59,758 nucleotides of DNA from a virus (lineage: Duplodnaviria; Heunggongvirae; Uroviricota; Caudoviricetes), in IMG/VR virus record IMGVR_UViG_3300025310_000004, positions 1-59,758 of that record; one strand, given 5' to 3'. The notes under the pieces are model-generated. The model made no database searches. It worked only from the letters and a program-made list of their open reading frames with translations, and had not been told where the DNA came from. The position numbers were made by a program, and so were the translations under genes. Below are positions 50,735 to 59,203 of the stretch, in pieces (within the stretch, counting starts at the first letter, position 1; each line of letters begins with the position of its first letter).

Positions 50735-51376
50735 CTAGGGAGCCTCGCGGGGATCGATCTCATCGACACGCTGTGCCCCCAACACGGTGTCGATGGCCTC
50801 GATGGCATCGAACCACGACCAGCCGGGAGTGGCGGGAAGCACGGCCTCACCGACGTACTCGTGGGTGAGGCGCAGGGCCTCGCGAGCGTTGTAGAGGCAG
50901 GCCACCATCTGCTCGCGCTCCTGGGTGGAGTCGAGCGACTCACCCTGGGGACCATCGGCCCAGCGCACCTCGCGCATCTTGGCCATCGTCTCGGGCGAGA
51001 CGTGGATCACCTGGGGGATGTAGTTGCGGACCAGCGACATGGGCCGCACCCCGCAGATGTCGGTCCAGACCTCGCGCGCTCCGGCGGCTTCGAGTTGGTG
51101 AGCCACGGTGTCCCGCAGGTCCTCGGCCGCCTCATCGCAGCCCTCGGTGGCTGGCAGCGAGAAGTGCAACTGCAGCAAGTAGGGCAGCCCGCACGACCCT
51201 GCTTCGTCGCTGGTGGTCCAATCCACCCGACGGGCCGCCTGGCCGTCGAGGTAGACCCCGATCGCCTGCTGGATCAGCCACGATCGAGGGCGATCCAGTT
51301 CATCTGCCTGGGCAGCCAGGCGCTCCGCTACGTCCTTCGGGAGCCTCACGCTCACCACGGTGTCCTCGGCCATCAT
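50735..51376 (-). CDS. RHH domain fused to an unknown domain
   Basis: VSVRLP..VAERL...A..LDRPRSWLIQQAI..YL, AAGGAGG RBS. Confidence 0.7.
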   Translation of the reverse strand: MMAEDTVVSVRLPKDVAERLAAQADELDRPRSWLIQQAIGVYLDGQAARRVDWTTSDEAGSCGLPYLLQLHFSLPATEGCDEAAEDLRDTVAHQLEAAGAREVWTDICGVRPMSLVRNYIPQVIHVSPETMAKMREVRWADGPQGESLDSTQEREQMVACLYNAREALRLTHEYVGEAVLPATPGWSWFDAIEAIDTVLGAQRVDEIDPREAP

Positions 51377-51507
51377 GCCTCCTTGTAGTGTGATGTGTAC
51401 GCCGTAGTGGAAAGTATACGCCCGAGAGTGCAGAAAGTGGAAGTTCTTGCCAGATAAGAGGCAGGAAGTTGCACTTTGGCTGCCATAGCGGGCAGTAACA
51501 GGCAGAA

Positions 51508-51568
51508 ATGTGCAGATTTCCCCACATCTGCCGCCCATGGCCCCGATGTGCGGATTTCCCAACATCTG
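51508..51568. repeat. 23-bp direct repeat, 38-bp period
   Basis: ATGTGC(A/G)GATTTCCC(C/A)ACATCTG twice. Confidence 0.6.
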
Positions 51569-51587
51569 AGAACACCCCCCGGCTTGG

Positions 51588-51609
51588 TGTCTCACCCGTG
51601 ATGTAGGGT
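51588..51609 (+). promoter_or_regulatory. Phage promoter TGTCTCACC-N7-TAGGGT
   Basis: Recurrent motif. Confidence 0.75.
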
Positions 51610-51618
51610 GTGCCCACT

Positions 51619-52563
51619 ATGGACACGATCGACAAGACCAGTGATGAGTACGCGATCGTGGAACTCAAGGGCCTGATCGAGCGCACGCTCGCCAGTGCCC
51701 GTGTGCCACGGGAAACCCGCAGCCGCATCAGCACCACCTTGGAGGTGGCGATGCGCGAGAACCTCGGGTTGTTGCGTCGCTATGTCCGCGCCCTTGCCTA
51801 CGACGGCCGGGCGGCCGAGATGATGGAGATGTACGGCCAGGGGTACACGCTCGATGAGATCGGCTCTCACTTCGAGGTGACGCGCGAACGGGTACGCCAG
51901 ATTCTCACCTCCACCTTCGGTGACTACCGCTCTGCGGCTCCTCAGGAGTTGCTCCATGAGCGCAGCCTCCGTCGCCTCGCTGAGCGCACCGCTGAGTGGG
52001 ATGAGACTTACGGCGAGAGCGTCACCAAGATGTTCCACGAGGGGAAGTCCGACGCTGCCATCGCCAGGGAGTTGGATGTGCCGCGCACCAAGGTGGTGGA
52101 CTTCCGGTCGCGCAAGGGCCTTCGTCACACGCGCAGTCAGGATTGGTCGGACGACGATCTGCTCAACGCCCTGAGGACGGCGAGTGCCGAGTCTGGCGAG
52201 GGCCTGACCATCGCTCGCTACAACGCGTGGCGCGAGGAGGCTGGGGCGGAGTCCTACCCCTCCTACCTCACCATGCTGATCCGTTTCGACTCGTTCGAGG
52301 AAGCGTGCAAGGCGGCGGCAGTTGAGTACGTCGGTCGCACCAACGCTGAGCGCCGCAGCGACTACATCTCGCCCGATCAGGCTCGTGAACACCTCGCCGC
52401 CTTCTTGGATTGGGCAACATCCAACAACAAGCGACCTACCAGTGGATCGTTCGCTGAGTATCGCAAGGTCGAGAAGGGTGTTCCATCGATGGCCGTGATG
52501 AGTCGTCGTCTTGGTGGCTTCCGCACCGCCCTTGACGAACTCATTGCTCACCGCGCACAGTAG
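51619..52563 (+). CDS. Sigma-70 region-4 HTH protein with homing-endonuclease-associated repeats
   Basis: GYTLDEIG..F.VTRERVRQI; WS...LLNALR...Y......YPS...RF.SF..A..AA. Confidence 0.75.
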   Translation: MDTIDKTSDEYAIVELKGLIERTLASARVPRETRSRISTTLEVAMRENLGLLRRYVRALAYDGRAAEMMEMYGQGYTLDEIGSHFEVTRERVRQILTSTFGDYRSAAPQELLHERSLRRLAERTAEWDETYGESVTKMFHEGKSDAAIARELDVPRTKVVDFRSRKGLRHTRSQDWSDDDLLNALRTASAESGEGLTIARYNAWREEAGAESYPSYLTMLIRFDSFEEACKAAAVEYVGRTNAERRSDYISPDQAREHLAAFLDWATSNNKRPTSGSFAEYRKVEKGVPSMAVMSRRLGGFRTALDELIAHRAQ

Positions 52564-52570
52564 GCCGCCC

Positions 52571-53476
52571 ATGGAAGGCCAGCGTGTCGAGATCACCCGC
52601 CGGATGCGGACCCGCGGGCAGCGCGTCGGACAGGCGCGGCAGGACTTCCACGACAAGCGTGACACCCCAAACGCCTATGACCTCAAGGGGGATTACGACC
52701 ACTGGCTCAAGATCAACGTTCAGGGGGCGTTGGCCGAGTTGGTCGTAGCAACCACCCTGGGCGTCGAGGATCGTTGGGTGGAGTGCGTCGAGGACTACAA
52801 GTCCCTCAAGGGTGACGTGGTTGACCACCTGCAGGTCCGTTCAACGGACAACCCGAGCAACGGACTCATCCTCCACCCCAGAGATTCCAATGACGACTGC
52901 TTCGTGCTGGTCTACGTCGATCCGTCCCATGAGTTCGCGGTTCTGCGCGGATGGATGTGGGCAGTTGATGGCAAGGACGAGCACTTCTGGCCGGGCAAGA
53001 ATCCCGACCGCCCATGCTTCATGGTGCCGCCCAGCAGGCTTCACCCCATGCCTCTCCCGGTGTGGCACGGCCATGTGATGCGGCCCAGGTCGAACGAGGA
53101 TCGCGTCGAGCGCAAGCGCGCCAAGACCAAGTGCGCTCAGCGGAAGTTGAACGACAAGTTCAGACTGACGTGCCCCAAGTGCGGGTGGGCGGCCAAGCAC
53201 CTCGTGATGCCCCACTACGACTCGCCATGGCGGCTCTTTGGTGGCCTGTGTAGCGAGTGTTGCTACGAAGCGTGCAAGCGCTTCGATGAAGTTGGGTGGC
53301 CTGACCCTTTGGATGATGGCTCACCCGAGGTGAGCCTGAACGACCTTGAGATCATGGTCAAGCGCACCTTCGGGCTGTTGCCGCCAGAGAAGCCCAAGCG
53401 CAGAGATCGCAACGAGGTGGACCCCAACCAGACCGACATGGGCTTCGGGCCGTCGGGTGTCTCACCCGGAGAGTAG
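52571..53476 (+). CDS. Phage protein with a possible PD-(D/E)XK nuclease fold and a C-terminal Zn ribbon
   Basis: GALAELVVA..LG, GDV..LQVRST, LILH..D..D..FVLV, GW. Confidence 0.6.
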   Translation: MEGQRVEITRRMRTRGQRVGQARQDFHDKRDTPNAYDLKGDYDHWLKINVQGALAELVVATTLGVEDRWVECVEDYKSLKGDVVDHLQVRSTDNPSNGLILHPRDSNDDCFVLVYVDPSHEFAVLRGWMWAVDGKDEHFWPGKNPDRPCFMVPPSRLHPMPLPVWHGHVMRPRSNEDRVERKRAKTKCAQRKLNDKFRLTCPKCGWAAKHLVMPHYDSPWRLFGGLCSECCYEACKRFDEVGWPDPLDDGSPEVSLNDLEIMVKRTFGLLPPEKPKRRDRNEVDPNQTDMGFGPSGVSPGE

Positions 53477-53479
53477 AGT
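53458..53479 (+). promoter_or_regulatory. Phage promoter TGTCTCACC-N7-TAGAGT
   Basis: Upstream of the helicase. Confidence 0.7.
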
Positions 53480-53489
53480 CCCAGGTCCC

Positions 53490-54902
53490 ATGGCACGCAG
53501 AGGGCAGGAACCAAGGATTCCTTACGACGAGAAGGCAGAGGTAGCCCTGCTGGGCAACCTGATCCTGCGTCCGTCCAACATGGATGAGATTTCGCGGATC
53601 ATCACCCCAGCCGACTTCTACAAGCCGTCGCACGCCCACATCTACTCAGCCATCTCCGAGTTGTGGCATCGCGGAGCCGAGAAGATCGATGCGGTCATCG
53701 TGGCCGACACACTCAAGACCCACGGCCTGCTCGAAGCCATCGGCGGTCCTGCCACCTTGGTGCACCTGCAGGCCGAAGCGCCATCGACTGCTCTCACTTC
53801 GGCCCAGCGCTACTCCGAGATCATCCTCAGGATGTCTACCTATCGGTCGGCGCTGCGCGTTGCTGAGGAGTTGAGGATCGCCGCCTACGACATGCGGGAT
53901 GACCCCAACGACATCATCGACTCAGCAAAGGCGGAGTTGGAGGCCATCGGTATCCACCTTGGTGAGATGCCCCCTGACACCTACATCCTCGATGAGTACC
54001 TGTCTCGCCCCCAACATGAGCGTCCTGGCTGGGTGATCCCTGGGTTGCTCCGCTCGGGATGGCGCGTGATGGTCGTCGCCGCCGAGGGTGTCGGTAAGAC
54101 GGTGCTGTTTCGTCAGATGGCGATTCTCGCCGCCCAAGGGCTCCACCCCCTGCACTTCGGCACCATCGATCCGGTTCGCACCTTGATCGTTGACCTTGAG
54201 AACCCCGAGGACTCGGTGATGGACGTGTGCATCCCCATCAACGAGAAGGTCAAGGCGCGAGTGCGGGAGTCCTACACCCCCGATCGTGCGTGGTTGTGGC
54301 ATCGGCCCGCTGGCATCAACCTCCGCAGTCGTCCTGATCGCATCGCTTTGGAGACGGTGATCTCTCGCACCCAGCCACAGTTGGTGTGCCTCGGGCCGCT
54401 CTACAAGGCATACGAGGTCAACGCTCACGAGAACGACGAGTTGGCCGCTCGCGAGATCATGGCAGTGTTCGATGATCTGCGAACGCGGTACGGCTTCGGA
54501 TTGATGCTTGAGCACCACGCCCCCAAGGAGACGGCGGGCACCAAGCGGAAGTTGATGCCCTATGGCTCATCGCTGTGGCTGCGCTGGCCGGAAATCGGCA
54601 TCAACATGTACCCAGGGGAGAGCGGCATCAACACCCTTACCTTGGGGCGCTGGCGTGGGGACCGCTTGGAGAACGAGTGGCCCATCTCGATCAGCCGCAG
54701 CGAGGGCTTCCCCTGGACGGGCACCTGGGAGACGGGGTACTTCTCTAACAACTCGGAGTCGTCCGGGGTGCTGCGTCGCGATGCCATCACCGAGCCGGTG
54801 GACGAGAGCCTCACCCCCCTGGCCCCCGAGGACAGGGACGAGCCTCAACCACAGGAACCCGACGACCCCTGGGACGACGTGGACCCCTACGACCAGTTCT
54901 AG
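53490..54902 (+). CDS. dnaB: Replicative helicase: DnaB N-terminal domain plus SF4/AAA_25 ATPase
   Basis: P.DEKAEVALLG, DFY.P.H..IY; Walker A AAEGVGKT, DLEN, HHAPK, GSS.W.RWP. Confidence 0.8.
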   Translation: MARRGQEPRIPYDEKAEVALLGNLILRPSNMDEISRIITPADFYKPSHAHIYSAISELWHRGAEKIDAVIVADTLKTHGLLEAIGGPATLVHLQAEAPSTALTSAQRYSEIILRMSTYRSALRVAEELRIAAYDMRDDPNDIIDSAKAELEAIGIHLGEMPPDTYILDEYLSRPQHERPGWVIPGLLRSGWRVMVVAAEGVGKTVLFRQMAILAAQGLHPLHFGTIDPVRTLIVDLENPEDSVMDVCIPINEKVKARVRESYTPDRAWLWHRPAGINLRSRPDRIALETVISRTQPQLVCLGPLYKAYEVNAHENDELAAREIMAVFDDLRTRYGFGLMLEHHAPKETAGTKRKLMPYGSSLWLRWPEIGINMYPGESGINTLTLGRWRGDRLENEWPISISRSEGFPWTGTWETGYFSNNSESSGVLRRDAITEPVDESLTPLAPEDRDEPQPQEPDDPWDDVDPYDQF

Positions 54903-54924
54903 TGTCACACCCACATGCTATAGT
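54903..54924 (+). promoter_or_regulatory. Phage promoter TGTCACACC-N7-TATAGT (leaderless)
   Basis: ATG 6 nt after the -10. Confidence 0.8.
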
Positions 54925-54930
54925 TTCGGC

Positions 54931-55146
54931 ATGCAAACCAAGGACCGAAAGCGGCTATTCGCCGAACTAGAAGCATCAGGGTGGCGCATCGAGCGCTCGA
55001 AGAACGGGTGGAAGTGCTACAGCCCCGACGGGCGGCACATCGTCACCATGCACGCGACGCCATCGGAGTACCGTGGCGCTCGCAACATCATGTCGGAGTT
55101 CCGAAAGGCCGGGTTCCAAAGTGGGCAACGGAAGAAGTCTGCGTAG
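54931..55146 (+). CDS. hicA: HicA-like small protein
   Basis: LEASGW.IER..NGW..Y.PDG..VT.H.TPS. Confidence 0.65.
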   Translation: MQTKDRKRLFAELEASGWRIERSKNGWKCYSPDGRHIVTMHATPSEYRGARNIMSEFRKAGFQSGQRKKSA

Positions 55147-55150
55147 GAAG

Positions 55151-55375
55151 ATGACCGGGAAGGCTGGGCGCAGCCCCGCCAAGTCCCGGCGTCGCGCTCA
55201 GCAGCGTCAACGCAAGGCCGCGGAGTTCCGCGCTGCGCTCAACAACATGTCCACCATGGCAAGCGACCTGTTGAAGAACGTTGAGCCGATGGCCAACATG
55301 GCGAAGGAGAAGATGGGTGAATCAACTCAGGGGGATGTACCCCCCGAAGAAGAACCAGAAGGAAGTGGTGGGTGA
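55151..55375 (+). CDS. Hypothetical protein
   Basis: AGGA RBS. Confidence 0.55.
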   Translation: MTGKAGRSPAKSRRRAQQRQRKAAEFRAALNNMSTMASDLLKNVEPMANMAKEKMGESTQGDVPPEEEPEGSGG

Positions 55376-55487
55376 GGTCTACGGGACCGTGCTGCTGGTC
55401 GTGATCATGACCTTCTTCGCACTCCTGTTCGCCGCTCCCATGATCTGGGTGCTCCGACACGTCTACTCCTGGGCACTCGGGCTCTGA
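55368..55487 (+). CDS. Small membrane peptide (39 aa)
   Basis: Single hydrophobic helix, overlap. Confidence 0.5.
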   Translation: MGEVYGTVLLVVIMTFFALLFAAPMIWVLRHVYSWALGL

Positions 55488-55501
55488 CCTAGAATGGAGC
55501 C

Positions 55502-56164
55502 ATGAGGCCCCTCGGCAGGTTGGTGAACTTCGATGAGCGCAGCCGTGGCTACGCGATTCGCCACCTAGTCGAAGCGAAGAAGCCTCGCTCCTACACCTGG
55601 CGGTGCACGACCTATCTCGATCAGGGCCAAGAGGGCGCTTGCGTCGGGTTCGCCTGTGCTCACGAGTTGGCAGCGCGCCCCGTTGAGGTCAAGACCGACG
55701 CCACCCTTGCTCGATCGATCTACCTCGACGCCCAGCGCATCGATCCGTGGCCCGGTGGGGCGTACCCCGGTGCCAAGCCGTACTACGAGGGGTCCAGTGT
55801 TCTGGCTGGGGCGAAGGTCCTGCAGAACAGGGGCTTCATCCCTCAGTACCGATGGGCCTTTGGCCTACAGGACTTGATCCTGTCGGTGGGCTACATGGGT
55901 CCAGCCATCATCGGCGTCAACTGGTACGAGGGCATGTTCGACACCGGCTCGGATCACTACGTCAGGATCAAGGGCGACCTGGCTGGCGGTCACGCCATCA
56001 TGGTGCGAGGGGTCAGCGTCTCGAAGCAAGCCTTCGTGCTCCACAACTCCTGGGGCACTGGCTGGGGTCGCTACGGCCAGGCGTACCTATCGTGGGCAGA
56101 CATGGAACGCCTGCTGCACGAGGATGGCGAGGCTGTCGTTCCCCTCAGGCGGGCCTACGCGTAA
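55502..56164 (+). CDS. Papain-like C1 cysteine peptidase
   Basis: DQGQEGACVGF, GGHAI..G, HNSWGTGWG..G.AYL. Confidence 0.85.
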   Translation: MRPLGRLVNFDERSRGYAIRHLVEAKKPRSYTWRCTTYLDQGQEGACVGFACAHELAARPVEVKTDATLARSIYLDAQRIDPWPGGAYPGAKPYYEGSSVLAGAKVLQNRGFIPQYRWAFGLQDLILSVGYMGPAIIGVNWYEGMFDTGSDHYVRIKGDLAGGHAIMVRGVSVSKQAFVLHNSWGTGWGRYGQAYLSWADMERLLHEDGEAVVPLRRAYA

Positions 56165-56522
56165 GCGTGGGCATGATGATCGAGTCCCAATCGCTGGGGC
56201 GCACCACTCGGGCCTCCATGCCGCACGCCTGCAGGGTGGCAATCCACTCATCCTGCTCGGGCGTGGTCTTGCCCAACTCCTTCTTCATCTCCCAGAAGAT
56301 GAGCCGGGGTGCCTTGGCCAGAACGAGGTCGGGGAAACCCTTGGCGTCCTTGTCTCCGATGAAGAACCGCTGGCCGTCGGCTCGCGTGACTTGCTTGCGC
56401 GAATCGTGAAAGTGGGCCACCAGCCATCCACTCATGCGGGCCAACTCGATCACCTGAGTCTGGAACTGCTTCTCGGATAGGGCGCGCCAGGCGCGCTCTT
56501 GGTCGGTGAGTCGCTTACCCAT
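56145..56522 (-). CDS. VRR-NUC domain nuclease
   Basis: SEKQFQ..VI.LA...GW, GFPDLVL, EMK...GK.TPEQ..W. Confidence 0.85.
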   Translation of the reverse strand: MGKRLTDQERAWRALSEKQFQTQVIELARMSGWLVAHFHDSRKQVTRADGQRFFIGDKDAKGFPDLVLAKAPRLIFWEMKKELGKTTPEQDEWIATLQACGMEARVVRPSDWDSIIMPTLTRRPA

Positions 56523-56538
56523 CCCACCACCCTAGCGA

Positions 56539-56560
56539 TGTCACACCCCCCTGCTAGGGT
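56539..56560 (+). promoter_or_regulatory. Phage promoter TGTCACACC-N7-TAGGGT
   Basis: Recurrent motif overlapping a divergent -10. Confidence 0.75.
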
Positions 56561-56568
56561 ATGCCCCT

Positions 56569-56784
56569 ATGCAGGTCGAGTTCAGCGTGTGGGGCACCGA
56601 TTCGAGCGACATCAGGATCAGGGCACACGCCATGCTCGATGAGTTCTGCACGGGCGACGACCACGTTGAGTCATTCACCATCGCGGTGCGCCCGACGCTC
56701 AAGACCGGCATTGGTGAAGTGTGCATGTGGGAGGGTGACGTGGTTGCTCAGATCAGCGACAAGCGAGACGACGGCTTCCGATGA
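56569..56784 (+). CDS. Hypothetical protein
   Basis: Near-leaderless start. Confidence 0.65.
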   Translation: MQVEFSVWGTDSSDIRIRAHAMLDEFCTGDDHVESFTIAVRPTLKTGIGEVCMWEGDVVAQISDKRDDGFR

Positions 56785-57155
56785 CGGCTCCGATGCGACC
56801 AACCCCTCCACTGCCACCACCGACGGGGTTGACCAACAGCCAGGAGGGATGCGCTGCTGCCGTCATCTCCTTGATGATGTTCCCCTTCATCATCGTCCTC
56901 GATGGCTGGGCGCTCAGCCTGATGTGGGAGTGGTTCGTGGTTGGCCCCACTGGATGGCAGGCCATCGGCATCTGGGAAGCGGCGGGCCTCATGGCGATCA
57001 AGCCGATCGTGTCCTACCGTCGTTCTGCTGCTGACGAGAAGATCGAGCAGGAGGAGGGACGCTTGAGGGCTTTGGTGAACAGGGCCGTCTCCGCCGTCCT
57101 TGCCACCTTGTTCGCTCTCAGCGTTGGCTGGGTGCTCCACCTCCTCGCGACGTGA
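56781..57155 (+). CDS. Membrane protein
   Basis: Three hydrophobic segments, ATGA overlap. Confidence 0.65.
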   Translation: MTAPMRPTPPLPPPTGLTNSQEGCAAAVISLMMFPFIIVLDGWALSLMWEWFVVGPTGWQAIGIWEAAGLMAIKPIVSYRRSAADEKIEQEEGRLRALVNRAVSAVLATLFALSVGWVLHLLAT

Positions 57156-57889
57156 TCCTGTATTGGGCGTGGCCCCCGGATGGGGCGGGGCATGCGGTAC
57201 GGGCGGCAGCGATCTGTCGCCATCTCCGCAATGACGTGTTGGTCCTGCGCGGCACGGACAACCCATCGATCAACCGCGCCCTCGACCACTTTGGCATCCC
57301 CTACGTCGTTCATAAGCGCAAGATCGATGCGGCCAGATGGGTGGTGGAGAACCACCTGCACGACTTCATCGTGTACGACGACTATCCGGGTGCTCACGGA
57401 ACGCTCGACAAGGCGATCAACCTGTACCTGTGGCGCATGAACCGAGTGCAGCGCCCGAAGTACCCGACCCCGACCATCGCCATTGAAGGTCCTGGGGCGA
57501 TGTGGCCCGTGTTGATGTTGGAGGACCACGAGATTCTCAGCCGAGAGGATGCTCGTGATGAACTCGGGATTCCCCAGGATCGCTTCACGATCATCGGTGT
57601 CACCTCCACCTCGCGTCCTGGGGTGGTGGAGGCGGCTGAGCCCGACTTCATGATCGACCCCGATCGGTGGTGGCCAGCCCTTCGGTGGCTGCGCGCCGCC
57701 GACCACATCGTTGGCTGCATCGGTGCCAACATGTTCGGCGAGGTGGCCTACCTCGACATCCCCGTGACCTGGATCAAGGCACCCAACACGCCAGACCAGG
57801 CCGTCAGGATCAGGGATCAGGGTGGCTGGGGAGTGCAGCACAATGCCGCTCGGCGTCTGGCCGAGGTCATCGATCAGATGCACGGCTGA
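57152..57889 (+). CDS. GT-B fold glycosyltransferase (GT28/GT1-like)
   Basis: GAGHAVRA.AI...L; ADHIVG..G.N...EV...DIP......DQ..R; AA..LA..I. Confidence 0.7.
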   Translation: MILYWAWPPDGAGHAVRAAAICRHLRNDVLVLRGTDNPSINRALDHFGIPYVVHKRKIDAARWVVENHLHDFIVYDDYPGAHGTLDKAINLYLWRMNRVQRPKYPTPTIAIEGPGAMWPVLMLEDHEILSREDARDELGIPQDRFTIIGVTSTSRPGVVEAAEPDFMIDPDRWWPALRWLRAADHIVGCIGANMFGEVAYLDIPVTWIKAPNTPDQAVRIRDQGGWGVQHNAARRLAEVIDQMHG

Positions 57890-57890
57890 G

Positions 57891-57912
57891 CGTCACACCC
57901 TCGTGGTAGTGT
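57891..57912 (+). promoter_or_regulatory. Phage promoter CGTCACACC-N7-TAGTGT
   Basis: Recurrent motif. Confidence 0.7.
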
Positions 57913-57943
57913 TGCGGCCGTTCGACACCACGAGGGAGTCACC

Positions 57944-58204
57944 ATGACCAAGAGCGACGGAGAGCGTCTGGCCGAGATGGGCACCGACGCTCAGAAGTGG
58001 GCTGATGAGTTCGTCCAGATGTTCGATGGCAGGGTCATCGGCTTTGGCCACGCAGGGACCGGCGTTGACGTTGGCACCATGATCGGCTGGTTCGCCAACG
58101 CCATCATGGCCGGTCACGACGAGGGCTACCGCAAGGGCTTGAGAGATGGTTCTGAGCCGATCATCCTTGCTGGTGATGACGGAGCGCGCCTTGGAACGCC
58201 CTGA
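57944..58204 (+). CDS. Phage hypothetical protein
   Basis: DAQKWA.EF, MIGWFANAIMAG. Confidence 0.7.
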   Translation: MTKSDGERLAEMGTDAQKWADEFVQMFDGRVIGFGHAGTGVDVGTMIGWFANAIMAGHDEGYRKGLRDGSEPIILAGDDGARLGTP

Positions 58205-58604
58205 CGAGACTCCTGAACTCACCGAGAAGCGCAAGATGTACGTCGTCGTGCGCGGCGACCTGCCTCCTGGTCTGCGTGCCGCCCAGGCTGGCCATGCCGT
58301 TGCCGAGGTGTGCCTCTACCACGCCAACACTGCATACGGATGGAACTCCGACCCGGATGGCAACTACCTCATCATCTTGGAGGTGGCCGATGAGAAGGAA
58401 CTTCTCAACGCCCACGCCTTTGTCCGGTGTCACGGAATCCCGCAGCAGGCATTTCGCGAGCCGGACCTCAACAACGAGATGACGGCCTTCGCCGCCCTCC
58501 CGTCACCCGAGTTGAACTACGTCTTTGCACACCTTCCGCTCGCCTACACCAAGCGTCGCTGGGGCGCTCGGTTCCGGCGGTGGATCGGATTGGAGCCAGC
58601 ATGA
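58176..58604 (+). CDS. Peptidyl-tRNA hydrolase 2 (Pth2)-like protein
   Basis: KMYVVVR.DL..G..AAQAGHA, F.EPDL.NE.TA, L.LA. Confidence 0.75.
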   Translation: MTERALERPDETPELTEKRKMYVVVRGDLPPGLRAAQAGHAVAEVCLYHANTAYGWNSDPDGNYLIILEVADEKELLNAHAFVRCHGIPQQAFREPDLNNEMTAFAALPSPELNYVFAHLPLAYTKRRWGARFRRWIGLEPA

Positions 58605-59203
58605 ACCCCGACGCCAGCCTCGCTGGGACGATCATCACGACGCTTCTGGACGATGCTGAGGAAGCCAACGAGATGGAGGACTTCTCTCTCGTTGCTGGCG
58701 ACATCATGCAGACGCTCGCCGACAACCCCGATGCGTTGATCGAGTTGCTGGTGGCTGCTGGGGAGGAGGGCGTCGCCAAGGTCTTGGGTGCTCGACCTAA
58801 GTACGACCCCAAGGACCACTTCATGGCTGGGGCCTACGCCGAGTGGGGTCGCCTCTGCAACGTCTTGAGCGGCAAGGTCAAGCGTGGCGGCCCGGAGTTC
58901 GAGGTGAAGGTCGAGCGCATCGAGGTCACCGATCTCGACGGCGACGATGGCCCGCTCACCATGGAGGAGCACACGCTGGTGGAGTTGCTCGGTCGCTGCG
59001 CCGACTACTACGCCCGTCAGGTGTGTTCGACCGGACGTAGCCGCGAGCACGACATCAACGAGTTCTGCGCCCACATCCACGACCTGCAGGCCCGAGTGCT
59101 GATGCAGGCTGCAGCCCGCTCCTACCCGGATCGCTACCGCCTGGCTGGTGGATCGCTCAAGGTCGAGAAGCCCGAGGAGGCGGAGGACGCTGGCGATGCC
59201 TGA
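58601..59203 (+). CDS. Hypothetical protein
   Basis: ATGA overlap; C-terminal EF..HIH.LQ..VL.QAAAR.YP motif. Confidence 0.7.
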   Translation: MNPDASLAGTIITTLLDDAEEANEMEDFSLVAGDIMQTLADNPDALIELLVAAGEEGVAKVLGARPKYDPKDHFMAGAYAEWGRLCNVLSGKVKRGGPEFEVKVERIEVTDLDGDDGPLTMEEHTLVELLGRCADYYARQVCSTGRSREHDINEFCAHIHDLQARVLMQAAARSYPDRYRLAGGSLKVEKPEEAEDAGDA

